DNA from: Candidatus Omnitrophota bacterium
Lineage (GTDB): Bacteria > Omnitrophota > Gorgyraeia > Zapsychrales > JANLHA01
Assembly: GCA_020632535.1 (NCBI GenBank)
Contig: JACKFJ010000002.1
Span: 382,331-446,330 of the forward strand
Length of the DNA stretch: 64,000 nt
Direction: 5' to 3'
How positions within the stretch are numbered: position 1 is the first letter of the stretch; every line of letters begins with the position of its first letter. Below, piece after piece: positions 18,610 through 27,881 of this stretch. The notes under the pieces were generated by a model, which was given only the letters and a program-made list of their open reading frames with translations, did no database searches and was not told where the DNA came from. Made by a program: the position numbers and the translations under genes.

Positions 18610-19317
18610 CTAAACTTTGGTGGTTAATGATGGTGTAGCGCAGGAATATAGGACTTGTGGTTGTTGGCAGATATTGGCAACGATGCTTGTGGCGTTATTT
18701 TCTAGGGTTTTGGCATCTTCTTTTTCGATACGAAAAAGCCGTTCGAAATCAAAAAATTGCTTTGGGTTTTGGGTAGTGACGCGGATTTTGGCGCGATAAT
18801 GCCCCGGAGCCCAATAATTCATGTTTTTGAGTCGCGCTTCGGCGTCAACGACAAGTTTAAGTTTTCGAAATTCTAAGAATAGAGTTCCCAGTTTGGCGGT
18901 TTTTCCCTCCTTGGACGCGATGATCACGGATTCTTCCCATGAATCTTTAATGGCTTTGAGCAAAGGTTTCATTTCTGAAAAGCGTCCATTATCAATAAAC
19001 AATGTATTGTGCTCATGGGATTTATCGGGCGCAATTGTGAACTTGGAACACATTGTCAAGTCCATGGCGGAAAAATTGCCCATTCTATAGTGAGCCGGCC
19101 GGAAGGCAAACCAGTCCATAAAATGTGAAACTTTTCCACTTTGGTCAGTGATTTCGACGCAGATATTATAAACCAAAACAACCGCGTTTAAAGCTGTTAT
19201 CGTGCCTGCAATCGCGAAAGTAGGACCGTAATGACTATATCCAATTTCAGCAATAGGCGAAATGTGATTACTTAATCGTGGCTTACTGATAAAATCACGC
19301 CAAACATTGATGGCCAT
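18610..19317 (-). CDS. Hypothetical protein (235 aa), no family recognised
   Basis: Long ORF convergent with 17751-18605 and divergent from the giant repeat gene. One hydrophobic segment (FAIAGTITALNAVVLVYNI). Confidence 0.5.
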   Translation of the reverse strand: MAINVWRDFISKPRLSNHISPIAEIGYSHYGPTFAIAGTITALNAVVLVYNICVEITDQSGKVSHFMDWFAFRPAHYRMGNFSAMDLTMCSKFTIAPDKSHEHNTLFIDNGRFSEMKPLLKAIKDSWEESVIIASKEGKTAKLGTLFLEFRKLKLVVDAEARLKNMNYWAPGHYRAKIRVTTQNPKQFFDFERLFRIEKEDAKTLENNATSIVANICQQPQVLYSCATPSLTTKV

Positions 19318-19517
19318 TTTTCCCTCGAAATATTAAATTTTCTTTCTCACGAGTATAGCAAATTCTCCATATTTATAAGTAGAAAAAAATATAATTTCTT
19401 CAAAATCAATTTGAAAATGATGTCGTTTTTGTTTTACCTTTGACGCTTTCATAATATAATAAAATTCATCTTTACGATAAAGTGAGTGTTTCCCTTTTAA
19501 AACTCAAAGGAGCAGCT

Positions 19518-22500
19518 ATGAAATTGCGCAGCATTCTTACCTTCTTTATTTTAGCTATGGGTTTTTATCCCGCAACCAGCGGTTGGTGTCAGGAGCAATC
19601 AACACCAAAAGCTCCGAACATTACTCAGAAGCTCGATATGCTTATCAAGCGCTATGACGATGCCGTAAGTGAGAATAAAGTGATTAAAGAAAAAATGAGT
19701 GCCGCGCAACAGTCCGTCGAGAATTATGAAAAGAGGATCGCTGGTCTTGAGCAAGATCTTGCGACAGCAAATGAAAAGCAAGCCGCTCAAAACAGAGAAA
19801 AAGCGAGTCTTGCGGAGCAAATTTCTGCCCTCAAAGAACAAATTGCCAAAACTCCCAGTACTCCTGCCGTTGATGTTGATAAGCTTACCGCCCCATTGAA
19901 GACCGAAATTACAAAATTACAAAATCGATTAAAAGAATTAGAAAAAACATCCGCGTTAAAAGACATTGACGCGTCGCAATCGGAACAATTGCGCGCGCAA
20001 ATTGCTGCCTTGGAAGATGAATTAAGAATCAAGGGTCAGTTCATCAAGGAAGGCGATGCAAAAGTTGAGGTATTGAATCAGGAAAATGAACAATTGCAAC
20101 AAAGATTAACGCAGGAAAAGCGTCAGTCCAAAGATTTGCAGTCGCGTCTTGCTAGTCTGGAAAGTAAACCAGTAATTAAGGTTGATGAACAGGCGATGGC
20201 TTCACTAAAGCAAGAAATTAAGGATTTGCAGGATAAGCTTAAACTCAGCCAAACGCGCGCGAATGATCGGGCAGCGTCGGATGAAAAGGCATTAAAGAAT
20301 CAAATACAAACTTTGCAGGATGATTTGGCGGGCGCCAAGGCGCAATTAAAGAGTGCGGTAGACGCCAAGAAGCCGCTTGAACAGGAATTGGCAGATCTGA
20401 AGGAAAAAGTCGCTTTAGCTCAAACGTCGAAGGACAAAAATCTGCTTTTGCAGCAGCGCGTTGATTTTTTAAATAAGGAGCTCGCAAATGTTAAAGAAAG
20501 CGCCGCGTCAGAAAAAGGATTAGAAGCTCGTGTGGAACAATTGCAAGCCCAGTTAAAGAAGGCGGAAAAAGTTTCCGCGGAAGAAATTGCTTCCGTGAAA
20601 ACGCCACTACTAGACAAAATTCAAGCGTTGGAAAAACAGCTAAAATTAAAGAACAGTGCGGTCAGTGAAGAAAGTTCGGCTCAGTTAAAAGCACAGATCA
20701 AGGAATTGGAAGCTAAGTTGCGCGTTTCTGAAAACAGTGTTCCTAAAAGAATCGAAGAAGCTCGTCAATCTTTATTGCAACAGGTCGCTCAACTTGAGTC
20801 GAAAGTAAAATCTCTCGAGGGGTATGGTCCGCAGCAGATTGCTCAAGCGCAAGCACCGCTGAAGGCAGAGATCGCGACATTGCAGCAAAAGTTGCGCCAA
20901 GCAGAAAAAGTTTCCGCGATGCAGGCCCCGCAAAAAAAGACGGATGACGCGCAAGTCGCGCAATTGCGCGCGCAGATCGATAGTTTGCAGAATGATCTTA
21001 AAGTGAAAGGCGCGTTTATTAAGGACGGAAATAGCCAAGTTGAAAATTTAATTCAGCAGGTAGAAGCGTTAAAGTCGCAGAAAATTCAGTTAGAGCAAAA
21101 TTTAGCTAAAGAAAAACGTCAGTCGGTAGAGTTGGAAGGACAATTGGCAGCGAAAGAAAGTCAAGCAGATAAAAACATTGTTGAAATGACAGAAAAGATT
21201 GCTGAAGCCAAAGCGCCATTGCAAAAGCAAATTGACACTTTGCAAGAACAGTTGCGCGCGACGCAGAAGTCAGTTCCAGGTAAGATCGAAGAGGCTCGTC
21301 AGCCTTTGTTAAAGCAAGTTGCGGATTTGCAGGAAAAGTTAAAGGCAAGCAGCAGTGTTGAACCAAAGAAAATTGCCGAAGCGCAGGCGCCGTTGCAAAC
21401 CAAGATCAAAGAATTGGAAGAACGCTTAAAGGCTGGACAAGCCAGTGTTCCGAATCAAATCAATGAAGCTAAGGCGCCATTGCAAAAGCAAATTGACACT
21501 TTGCAAGAACAGTTGCGCGCGACGCAGAAGTCTGTTCCAGGTAAGATCGAAGAAGCTCGTCAGCCTTTGTTAAAGCAAGTTGCGGATTTGCAGGAAAAGT
21601 TAAAGGCAAGCAGCAGTGTTGAACCAAAGAAAATTGCCGAAGCGCAGGCGCCGTTGCAAACCAAGATCAAAGAATTGGAAGAACGCTTAAAGGCTGGACA
21701 AGCCAGTGTTCCGAATCAAATCAATGAAGCTAAGGCGCCATTGCAAAAGCAAATTGACACTTTGCAAGAACAGTTGCGCGCGACGCAGAAGTCTGTTCCA
21801 GGTAAGATCGAAGAAGCTCGTCAGCCTTTGTTAAAGCAAGTTGCGGATTTGCAGGAAAAGTTAAAGGCAAGCAGCAGTGTTGAACCAAAGAAAATTGCCG
21901 AAGCGCAGGCGCCGTTGCAAACCAAGATCAAAGAATTGGAAGAACGCTTAGAGGCTGGACAAGCCAGTGTTCCGAATCAAATCAATGAAGCTAAGGCGCC
22001 ATTGCAAAAGCAAATTGACACTTTGCAAGAACAGTTGCGCGCGACGCAGAAGTCAGTTCCAGGTAAGATCGAAGAGGCTCGTCAGCCTTTGTTAAAGCAA
22101 GTTGCGGATTTGCAGGAAAAGTTAAAGGCAAGCAGCAGTGTTGAACCAAAGAAAATTGCCGAAGCGCAGGCGCCGTTGCAAACCAAGATCAAAGAATTGG
22201 AAGAACGCTTAGAGGCTGGACAAGCCAGTGTTCCGAATCAAATCAATGAAGCTAAGGCGCCATTGCAAAAGCAAATTGACACTTTGCAAGAACAGTTGCG
22301 CGCGACGCAGAAGTCTGTTCCAGGTAAGATCGAAGAAGCTCGTCAGCCTTTGTTAAAACAAGTTGCGGATTTGCAGGAAAAATTAAAAGTTACAGAAAGT
22401 ACGGTTCCACAAAGAATCGAAGAAGCTAAAGCTCCGTTGACGGATCGTATCAATTTCTTAGTTGAAAAAATGAAGAGTAATGACGCGCAAACGCAACGGC

Positions 22501-25388
22501 AAGTCAGTGAAGCCAAAGAGCCATTGCAAAAGCAAATTACGGCTTTGGAAGCCCGATTAAAAGCTGGGCAAGAAAGTGTTCCTGTTCAAATCGATGAAGC
22601 CAAAGCGCCACTAGAGAAGGAAGTGAATCAATTGCGCGCGAAGCTGGAAGAAAATAGTCGAACATTGCGTGATAAGGATGCCGCGTATCAGGCGTTGGTG
22701 CAAGAGAAAAATAAGGCGATACAGAATTTAAATAATAAGTCAAATGAGAGCAATGATTTAGCCAAGAAAATCGTTTCTTTAGAGGAGCGTCTTAAAAAAA
22801 CAGATGCTCAATTGCCATCACGAATCGCGGGAGAAAAAGCTCCATTACAAAAGCAGATTGAAAATTTGCAAGTACAGCTTAAAGAGACTCAAAATTCGGT
22901 GCCGCAAAAAATTGCTGAAGCTCGAAAGCCTCTCCTTGACCAAGTTGCGGATTTACAAAAGAAAATACAATCGATTCAGTCAGAACAGCCGCAGAATATT
23001 GCTCAAGCCAAAGAACCGCTTTTAAAACAAATTGAAAATTTACAAGCTCAACTCAAAGTTGCTGAAAATGCTGTCCCGCAGAAAATTGCCCAAGCTCGTA
23101 AAGCGTTGATGGCAGATATTGATGATTTGAGTTTGCGATTAAAGGCGACGGAAGATGCATTACCGTCGAGAATTAATCAGGCCAAGGTACCTTTGGAGAA
23201 TCAGATCAAAGATTTACAAAAACAGTTGAAAGACAAAGACGCCGCGCAGAGTCAACAATTCGCGCAGGCACAAAAAGTTTATGAAGAAAAAGTTAAGAAT
23301 TTACAGGAACAGTTAAAAGCTTCGGAAGTTGCTGGTGTGCAGAAGGCGAATGCCGCGCGTGCTCCACTTGAAAAAGCTTTGCAGGCTTTAGATCGTGAAT
23401 TGCAAGCGAGTCGTGATGCGATTGCGCCTAAAGTCAATGAAGCCAAAGCTTCTTTGCAGAAGGAAATTGATAATTTGCGTGCCCAATTAAAGGCTCAAGA
23501 GAACAGTGTTCCGTTGAAGATTAATGAAGCGAAGGCGCCTTTGTTAAAGCAGGTTGAAGCATTGCAGGCGCAATTGAAAGAAACGCAGAATTCAATTCCG
23601 GCTAAAATTGCGGATAGTCGTAAGCCGTTAACTGATGAAATCAACAGTTTGCAGAACAAACTTAAAGTTTCTGCGGATGATTATGCCAAGAATATTGAAC
23701 AGACGAAATCGTCGTTTGTCGAAAGAATCAAGTCTTTGGAAAATCAAATTAAACTCAATGAAAAAACAGCGCAAGATCGTTTGGCTCAGACCAATGTCGC
23801 CGCTAAAGAACAGAATAATGTTCTAAAGAAAGAATTGGATAGCGCGCAATCTTTAATCGCGCAAAAAGAGCAGGCAATTGTCCGTTTGCAGCGTGACAGT
23901 GAGCAATCGGCTAAGGTTTTAAATAGCAAAGATGAGCAAATTCGAAAGCTCAATGAGAATATCGCGACTCTTCATTCGCAAGTCGACGCGATCAAGAAAA
24001 ACCTTGATGAGAGTTTGGCTAAGATGAGGACAGAATATGACGCAAAGTCTCGTGATTTTAATGACAATATGAAATTAGCCGAGAAATCTTGGGCGGCTAA
24101 AGTTGAAGAGACCAAGTCTTCATTTCAAAATAAAATTAAGCAATTGCAGGATCAATTGAAAGATAGTGAGCGGGCAGGAAATGAAAAAGTCGCTCAGGTT
24201 TCCGCGGCTTTTGAAAACAATATTAAAAAACTGCAGGCTCAGTTGCGAGATAGTGAAAAGGCGTCCGACGAGAAAGTTAGCGCGGCTAAGGCGCCTTTAC
24301 AGGACAAGATCAATACATTGATTGGGGAAATTAAGAATGTCCGCGATTCGGTTACTGCTCAAGTAAGCCGTGCTAAAGAAGCGGTGGTGGAGCAAAATCG
24401 TTTGCTTCAAGCGGAAGCGAAAAAAGCCGCTGATTCGTATGAGCGCAAACTTGTGGAAAAGGATAAGGCATTCTCGAAATTGCAAGAACAAATTAGCGCG
24501 GCAGAAAATAAAGCCAATGGTTTGATGAAAGCCAATGATAAAAGTGCTAATGAACTTGCTGCTGCGGTTCAAGAGAATAAGAATTGGACGCAGAAGTATG
24601 CTAGTCTCGAAGAGAAATTGCGAAACACCGAGAAGACGTTGAACCAAAAGTCTGATGAAGCTCGCAAATCGTTTGAAGACACGATTAAACAATTGCAGGA
24701 AAAGGTGCGCACGACGGAAAATTCTTTTGCCAGCCGCATTAGTCAGGAACAAAAAGGTTTGCAGGATAAAATTAAACAATTAGAACAGCAGAACAGTCAA
24801 ACCCAAAATGCGGCTAATGAGAAAATCGCGGCGGTAACCGCGTCGCTCGAGGAAAAAATTCGTTCATTGAATGATCTTTTAGAGAAGACCAATGCCGCGG
24901 TGGCTCAAAAGATCGCGGCGGAAGTTAAGGGACGTGACGACAAGATTGCGTCGTTTGACAAACAGGCTCAGGAATGGGACAAAGCCATAAACGATAAGCA
25001 AACGCGCATTGATAGTTTGCGCAAGGAAATCGATAAGGCGACGTTGGCTTTATCGGCCGCGCAACAGGAAAATATTTTCTTGAGTAAGAAATTAGAGGAT
25101 GCTAAACGTCAAATGGCCGCGCCATCTTCAGCTGAAGCTATCACCAAGGAATTGACGGAAAAGAATCGTTATCTTGTTGAGCGTTTGGCTGGTGCTCAGG
25201 ATCAGTTAAAGCAAAGCGAAATGCAGATCAATAAGTTGATGGACGAAGCTGGCGCTTCAGAAAAAGACTATTATGATCTTCTTGATGAAAAGGAACTTAT
25301 GGAAGCCAAGCTTCAGGAGTTATATAAAAAGTATAATATTTCGCAAGGGGCTGCTCAGGGAGCCGGACGGAAAATCGTTGTTAAGTAA
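19518..25388 (+). CDS. Giant secreted repeat protein (1,956 aa) built from proline-punctuated 29-residue helical repeats
   Basis: AGGAG lies 6 nt upstream of ATG 19518. Signal peptide MKLRSILTFFILAMGFYPATSGW. K/E/Q/A/L-rich with a recurring unit xPLxxxIxxLQxxLKxxxxxVPxxIxEAK. Confidence 0.85.
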   Translation: MKLRSILTFFILAMGFYPATSGWCQEQSTPKAPNITQKLDMLIKRYDDAVSENKVIKEKMSAAQQSVENYEKRIAGLEQDLATANEKQAAQNREKASLAEQISALKEQIAKTPSTPAVDVDKLTAPLKTEITKLQNRLKELEKTSALKDIDASQSEQLRAQIAALEDELRIKGQFIKEGDAKVEVLNQENEQLQQRLTQEKRQSKDLQSRLASLESKPVIKVDEQAMASLKQEIKDLQDKLKLSQTRANDRAASDEKALKNQIQTLQDDLAGAKAQLKSAVDAKKPLEQELADLKEKVALAQTSKDKNLLLQQRVDFLNKELANVKESAASEKGLEARVEQLQAQLKKAEKVSAEEIASVKTPLLDKIQALEKQLKLKNSAVSEESSAQLKAQIKELEAKLRVSENSVPKRIEEARQSLLQQVAQLESKVKSLEGYGPQQIAQAQAPLKAEIATLQQKLRQAEKVSAMQAPQKKTDDAQVAQLRAQIDSLQNDLKVKGAFIKDGNSQVENLIQQVEALKSQKIQLEQNLAKEKRQSVELEGQLAAKESQADKNIVEMTEKIAEAKAPLQKQIDTLQEQLRATQKSVPGKIEEARQPLLKQVADLQEKLKASSSVEPKKIAEAQAPLQTKIKELEERLKAGQASVPNQINEAKAPLQKQIDTLQEQLRATQKSVPGKIEEARQPLLKQVADLQEKLKASSSVEPKKIAEAQAPLQTKIKELEERLKAGQASVPNQINEAKAPLQKQIDTLQEQLRATQKSVPGKIEEARQPLLKQVADLQEKLKASSSVEPKKIAEAQAPLQTKIKELEERLEAGQASVPNQINEAKAPLQKQIDTLQEQLRATQKSVPGKIEEARQPLLKQVADLQEKLKASSSVEPKKIAEAQAPLQTKIKELEERLEAGQASVPNQINEAKAPLQKQIDTLQEQLRATQKSVPGKIEEARQPLLKQVADLQEKLKVTESTVPQRIEEAKAPLTDRINFLVEKMKSNDAQTQRQVSEAKEPLQKQITALEARLKAGQESVPVQIDEAKAPLEKEVNQLRAKLEENSRTLRDKDAAYQALVQEKNKAIQNLNNKSNESNDLAKKIVSLEERLKKTDAQLPSRIAGEKAPLQKQIENLQVQLKETQNSVPQKIAEARKPLLDQVADLQKKIQSIQSEQPQNIAQAKEPLLKQIENLQAQLKVAENAVPQKIAQARKALMADIDDLSLRLKATEDALPSRINQAKVPLENQIKDLQKQLKDKDAAQSQQFAQAQKVYEEKVKNLQEQLKASEVAGVQKANAARAPLEKALQALDRELQASRDAIAPKVNEAKASLQKEIDNLRAQLKAQENSVPLKINEAKAPLLKQVEALQAQLKETQNSIPAKIADSRKPLTDEINSLQNKLKVSADDYAKNIEQTKSSFVERIKSLENQIKLNEKTAQDRLAQTNVAAKEQNNVLKKELDSAQSLIAQKEQAIVRLQRDSEQSAKVLNSKDEQIRKLNENIATLHSQVDAIKKNLDESLAKMRTEYDAKSRDFNDNMKLAEKSWAAKVEETKSSFQNKIKQLQDQLKDSERAGNEKVAQVSAAFENNIKKLQAQLRDSEKASDEKVSAAKAPLQDKINTLIGEIKNVRDSVTAQVSRAKEAVVEQNRLLQAEAKKAADSYERKLVEKDKAFSKLQEQISAAENKANGLMKANDKSANELAAAVQENKNWTQKYASLEEKLRNTEKTLNQKSDEARKSFEDTIKQLQEKVRTTENSFASRISQEQKGLQDKIKQLEQQNSQTQNAANEKIAAVTASLEEKIRSLNDLLEKTNAAVAQKIAAEVKGRDDKIASFDKQAQEWDKAINDKQTRIDSLRKEIDKATLALSAAQQENIFLSKKLEDAKRQMAAPSSAEAITKELTEKNRYLVERLAGAQDQLKQSEMQINKLMDEAGASEKDYYDLLDEKELMEAKLQELYKKYNISQGAAQGAGRKIVVK
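21213..22385 (+). repeat. Tandem array, 261-bp unit x about 4.5 copies, near-identical (inside the giant gene)
   Basis: Unit starts (gcgccattgcaaaagcaaattgac) at 21213, 21474, 21735, 21996 and 22257. I saw only three variable positions between copies. Confidence 0.95.
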
Positions 25389-25878
25389 AACAAAGTTCAA
25401 GTTTTCAAAACAGGACGAAGCATTCATGCGATTGGCTTTAGGGAAAGCCGGTCAGGGCATTGTGAATGGCCAAACGCCTTTTGGTGCCTGTATTGTTCGT
25501 CGGGGCAAAGTTGTGGCCCTTGAGCATAATCAGGTTTGGCGCACGACGGATATTACGGCGCACGCGGAGGTGCAGGCGATCCGCAGTGCTTGTCGAAAAC
25601 TTAAAACGATTTCACTTTCGGATTGCGTGATTTATACAACGTGTGAACCCTGTCCCATGTGTTTTAGCGCGTGTCATTGGGCTGGCCTTAAAAGAATTTA
25701 TTTTGGCGCGTTCATCGCTGACGCGAAAAGGGCTGGTTTTAATGAGTTGTTTGTTTCTGCAAGCCAGATGAAAAGAATCGGTAAAAGCCCGTTGACAATT
25801 TGCAGTGGTCTGTTAAAAAAGGAAAATGTGGAATTCTTAAAGAGTTGGTCACTTAAGGGAAAGAAGAAAGTTTATTAA
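25378..25878 (+). CDS. CDA-fold nucleoside/guanine deaminase (GuaD/TadA-like)
   Basis: Zinc motifs HAEVQAI and CEPCPMC. Overall similarity to the pattern of Bacillus-type guanine deaminase (GxxPFGAxIV...). Start is either TTG 25378 (overlapping the upstream stop) or ATG 25426. Confidence 0.75.
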   Translation: MLSKTKFKFSKQDEAFMRLALGKAGQGIVNGQTPFGACIVRRGKVVALEHNQVWRTTDITAHAEVQAIRSACRKLKTISLSDCVIYTTCEPCPMCFSACHWAGLKRIYFGAFIADAKRAGFNELFVSASQMKRIGKSPLTICSGLLKKENVEFLKSWSLKGKKKVY

Positions 25879-25884
25879 GCGAAG

Positions 25885-26484
25885 ATGAAAAATCCGGCCA
25901 TTGTTATATATTCTCTCGCGACATTCTTTATTCTGCTGGGGACTTTATGGTTTGCCTGTATTCAAATCCGTTGTGAAGAAATTTCACCGCGCCCGGTTTT
26001 GTCAAAAGCTGTCTCCGTTTCAGCGGCAGGTATTTCACTTCCCGTGGTCAAGAAAGTTCGGTCTGTTTATGCTAAACCTTATCATGATATTCTGTTTTGG
26101 ATTATTGCCGGTGCCGAGGTTTTTGTCGCGACATTCTATGTGTTAGCTGGTGTTTTTCTTTTTAAGCGATTTGTGCTCGCGCGAGTCATGGCCTTGACGG
26201 TATTGGGTATGGATATTGCTTTTAAACTGTTGGTGATTTTATACATGAAGTTCGCAGCGATTCCTTTGAGTGCATTGACGAAGAACGAAAATATATTGCA
26301 ACTGTATTTTATGCCAAGTCAAAAAATCCATCACTCTTTTTCAGCGGTTGTCACAGGTTTAAAATTTTATTTGCCGGGGAATATTTTTTATTTAATGACA
26401 GAATTGGTCTTCTTTGGAGTGTGTTTTACCATTTTATCTCGTCCGGAGATTAAAAATTATTTAATGCGATCACAAAAAATCTAA
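25885..26484 (+). CDS. Hypothetical integral membrane protein (5-6 TM)
   Basis: ORF tightly packed in the operon (7-nt gap), with a hydrophobic periodicity. Confidence 0.5.
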   Translation: MKNPAIVIYSLATFFILLGTLWFACIQIRCEEISPRPVLSKAVSVSAAGISLPVVKKVRSVYAKPYHDILFWIIAGAEVFVATFYVLAGVFLFKRFVLARVMALTVLGMDIAFKLLVILYMKFAAIPLSALTKNENILQLYFMPSQKIHHSFSAVVTGLKFYLPGNIFYLMTELVFFGVCFTILSRPEIKNYLMRSQKI

Positions 26485-26493
26485 AGGGTTAAT

Positions 26494-26916
26494 ATGAATC
26501 GATGTGTTATTTTGGGATTGAGTATATTGCTTGCAGGATGCGCGAGTGTGGAGACAGGGCCAGCAAAACCCAGTAACACCGACATCATGCAGCACAGGTT
26601 TATTTCTCTTAGCCAACTGCGTACCGGTTTGACCCGCGCGGAGGTGGTAACACTTTTAGGTAAGGAAATTGTGATGGGATACGCTTTGGTTGATGAAGCG
26701 GGCGATCAATATAAGCCGATTACCGTTGGGAATCCTTACCGCGTAGAAGTCATCGAAAAGAATAAAAAGATGTATGCCGTTGATTATTATCTGATCGGCA
26801 TTAAGACGGCCGATGATACAGTTAGCGACGATGAATTGGTACCGTTGATATTTAATAATGATCGATTGATTGGCATCGGTTGGGATTTTTTTAATCGGTT
26901 TTTTGCCAAGAAGTGA
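26494..26916 (+). CDS. Lipoprotein with SmpA/OmlA (BamE)-like segment
   Basis: Lipobox LLAGC at residues 13-17. LRTGLTRAEVVTLLGKE resembles the BamE-type fold signature. Confidence 0.55.
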   Translation: MNRCVILGLSILLAGCASVETGPAKPSNTDIMQHRFISLSQLRTGLTRAEVVTLLGKEIVMGYALVDEAGDQYKPITVGNPYRVEVIEKNKKMYAVDYYLIGIKTADDTVSDDELVPLIFNNDRLIGIGWDFFNRFFAKK

Positions 26917-27878
26917 TGCTTTGGGATCATAATAATTTTCCTGAAGGAGTTTTTCTTTCGCATTATTCGATTGCGCGTCCGATCAATTGGCAGGAACAAT
27001 TTGGCAATGATTTGCCGTTGCATTTAGAAATTGGATTTGGTTTTGGGGAATTTTTGATTCAGCAAGCAGGCTGTCCTGTTAAAGAAAATTTTATTGGCGT
27101 TGAGCAGGATTGGTCGCGGATTTGTAAATGTCTCAGTAAAGTTTCCAGTTTGCGAGAAACATCGGTTAATAAGATTTTTGGCGAAAATTTACGGCTCATG
27201 CGTGTGGACGCGACGGTTGCTTTGGAAAGGCTTTTTATTCCACAGTCTTTGAACCGCGTGACATGCCTGTTTCCGTGCCCATGGCCAAAGAAGGGACATG
27301 TCAAACATCGCTTGTTCTCGAATGCATTCCTTTCCTTATTAAATAATCGTCTTAAGAATGATGCTTTAGTCGAAATTGTCACGGATTGGCCGCCCTATTT
27401 GGAGTGGATTTTGGAGCAGGTTAATGAAACTGGTTTTCAGTCGCAAGTTGAGACCATTTCGCCGCAATTTAATACAAAATTTGAACGCAAATGGCAAGCC
27501 GGTGGACAAAATGAATTTTGGAAATTAACTTTAAAGAAAATAAAACATCATGATGTCGGAGTTAAAGAGGATGTGGAGTTGAGGGCTTTATTTGTAAAGG
27601 ACTTTAATCCTGAGCGTTTTCAGTTTGAAAATGTCGTTGGCGAGACATCGATTATTTATAAAGATTTTGTTTTTGATTCGCAACAAAATCTTGGTTTAGT
27701 TCGTTTGATTGTCGCTGAGAAATTTTTAACACAACATGTATGGGTCGCGATCATTAAAACACGTGATCAATGGTGTGTCGCTAAGGCGGATGGACACAAT
27801 GCTTTGCCGACGAGCGGGGTGGCTTTGGCGATTGAGCGTGTTAGTCAAGCGGCTGCTCAAACAACAATTTCGAGTTAA
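26913..27878 (+). CDS. trmB: tRNA (guanine46-N7)-methyltransferase with about 120-aa C-terminal extension
   Basis: LEIGFGFGEFL (SAM motif), IGVE, and CLFPCPWPKKGHVKHRLF (the FPDPWPKKRHHKRR motif). Confidence 0.8.
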   Translation: MMLWDHNNFPEGVFLSHYSIARPINWQEQFGNDLPLHLEIGFGFGEFLIQQAGCPVKENFIGVEQDWSRICKCLSKVSSLRETSVNKIFGENLRLMRVDATVALERLFIPQSLNRVTCLFPCPWPKKGHVKHRLFSNAFLSLLNNRLKNDALVEIVTDWPPYLEWILEQVNETGFQSQVETISPQFNTKFERKWQAGGQNEFWKLTLKKIKHHDVGVKEDVELRALFVKDFNPERFQFENVVGETSIIYKDFVFDSQQNLGLVRLIVAEKFLTQHVWVAIIKTRDQWCVAKADGHNALPTSGVALAIERVSQAAAQTTISS

Positions 27879-27881
27879 AAA

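Noticed and set aside
19317-19482. Tried to define the promoter of the giant gene (TTGACG at about 19439)
   Set aside because: No -10 hexamer sits at acceptable spacing (TATAAT is at 9 nt, TAAAAT at 15 nt), so no promoter is reported.
24297-24779. 160-aa minus-strand ORF, and other 60-90-aa ORFs inside the giant gene (both strands)
   Set aside because: They are products of the low-complexity repetitive sequence read in alternative frames (F/L/R-rich). The sense frame has a signal peptide, an RBS and 5.9 kb of uninterrupted reading.
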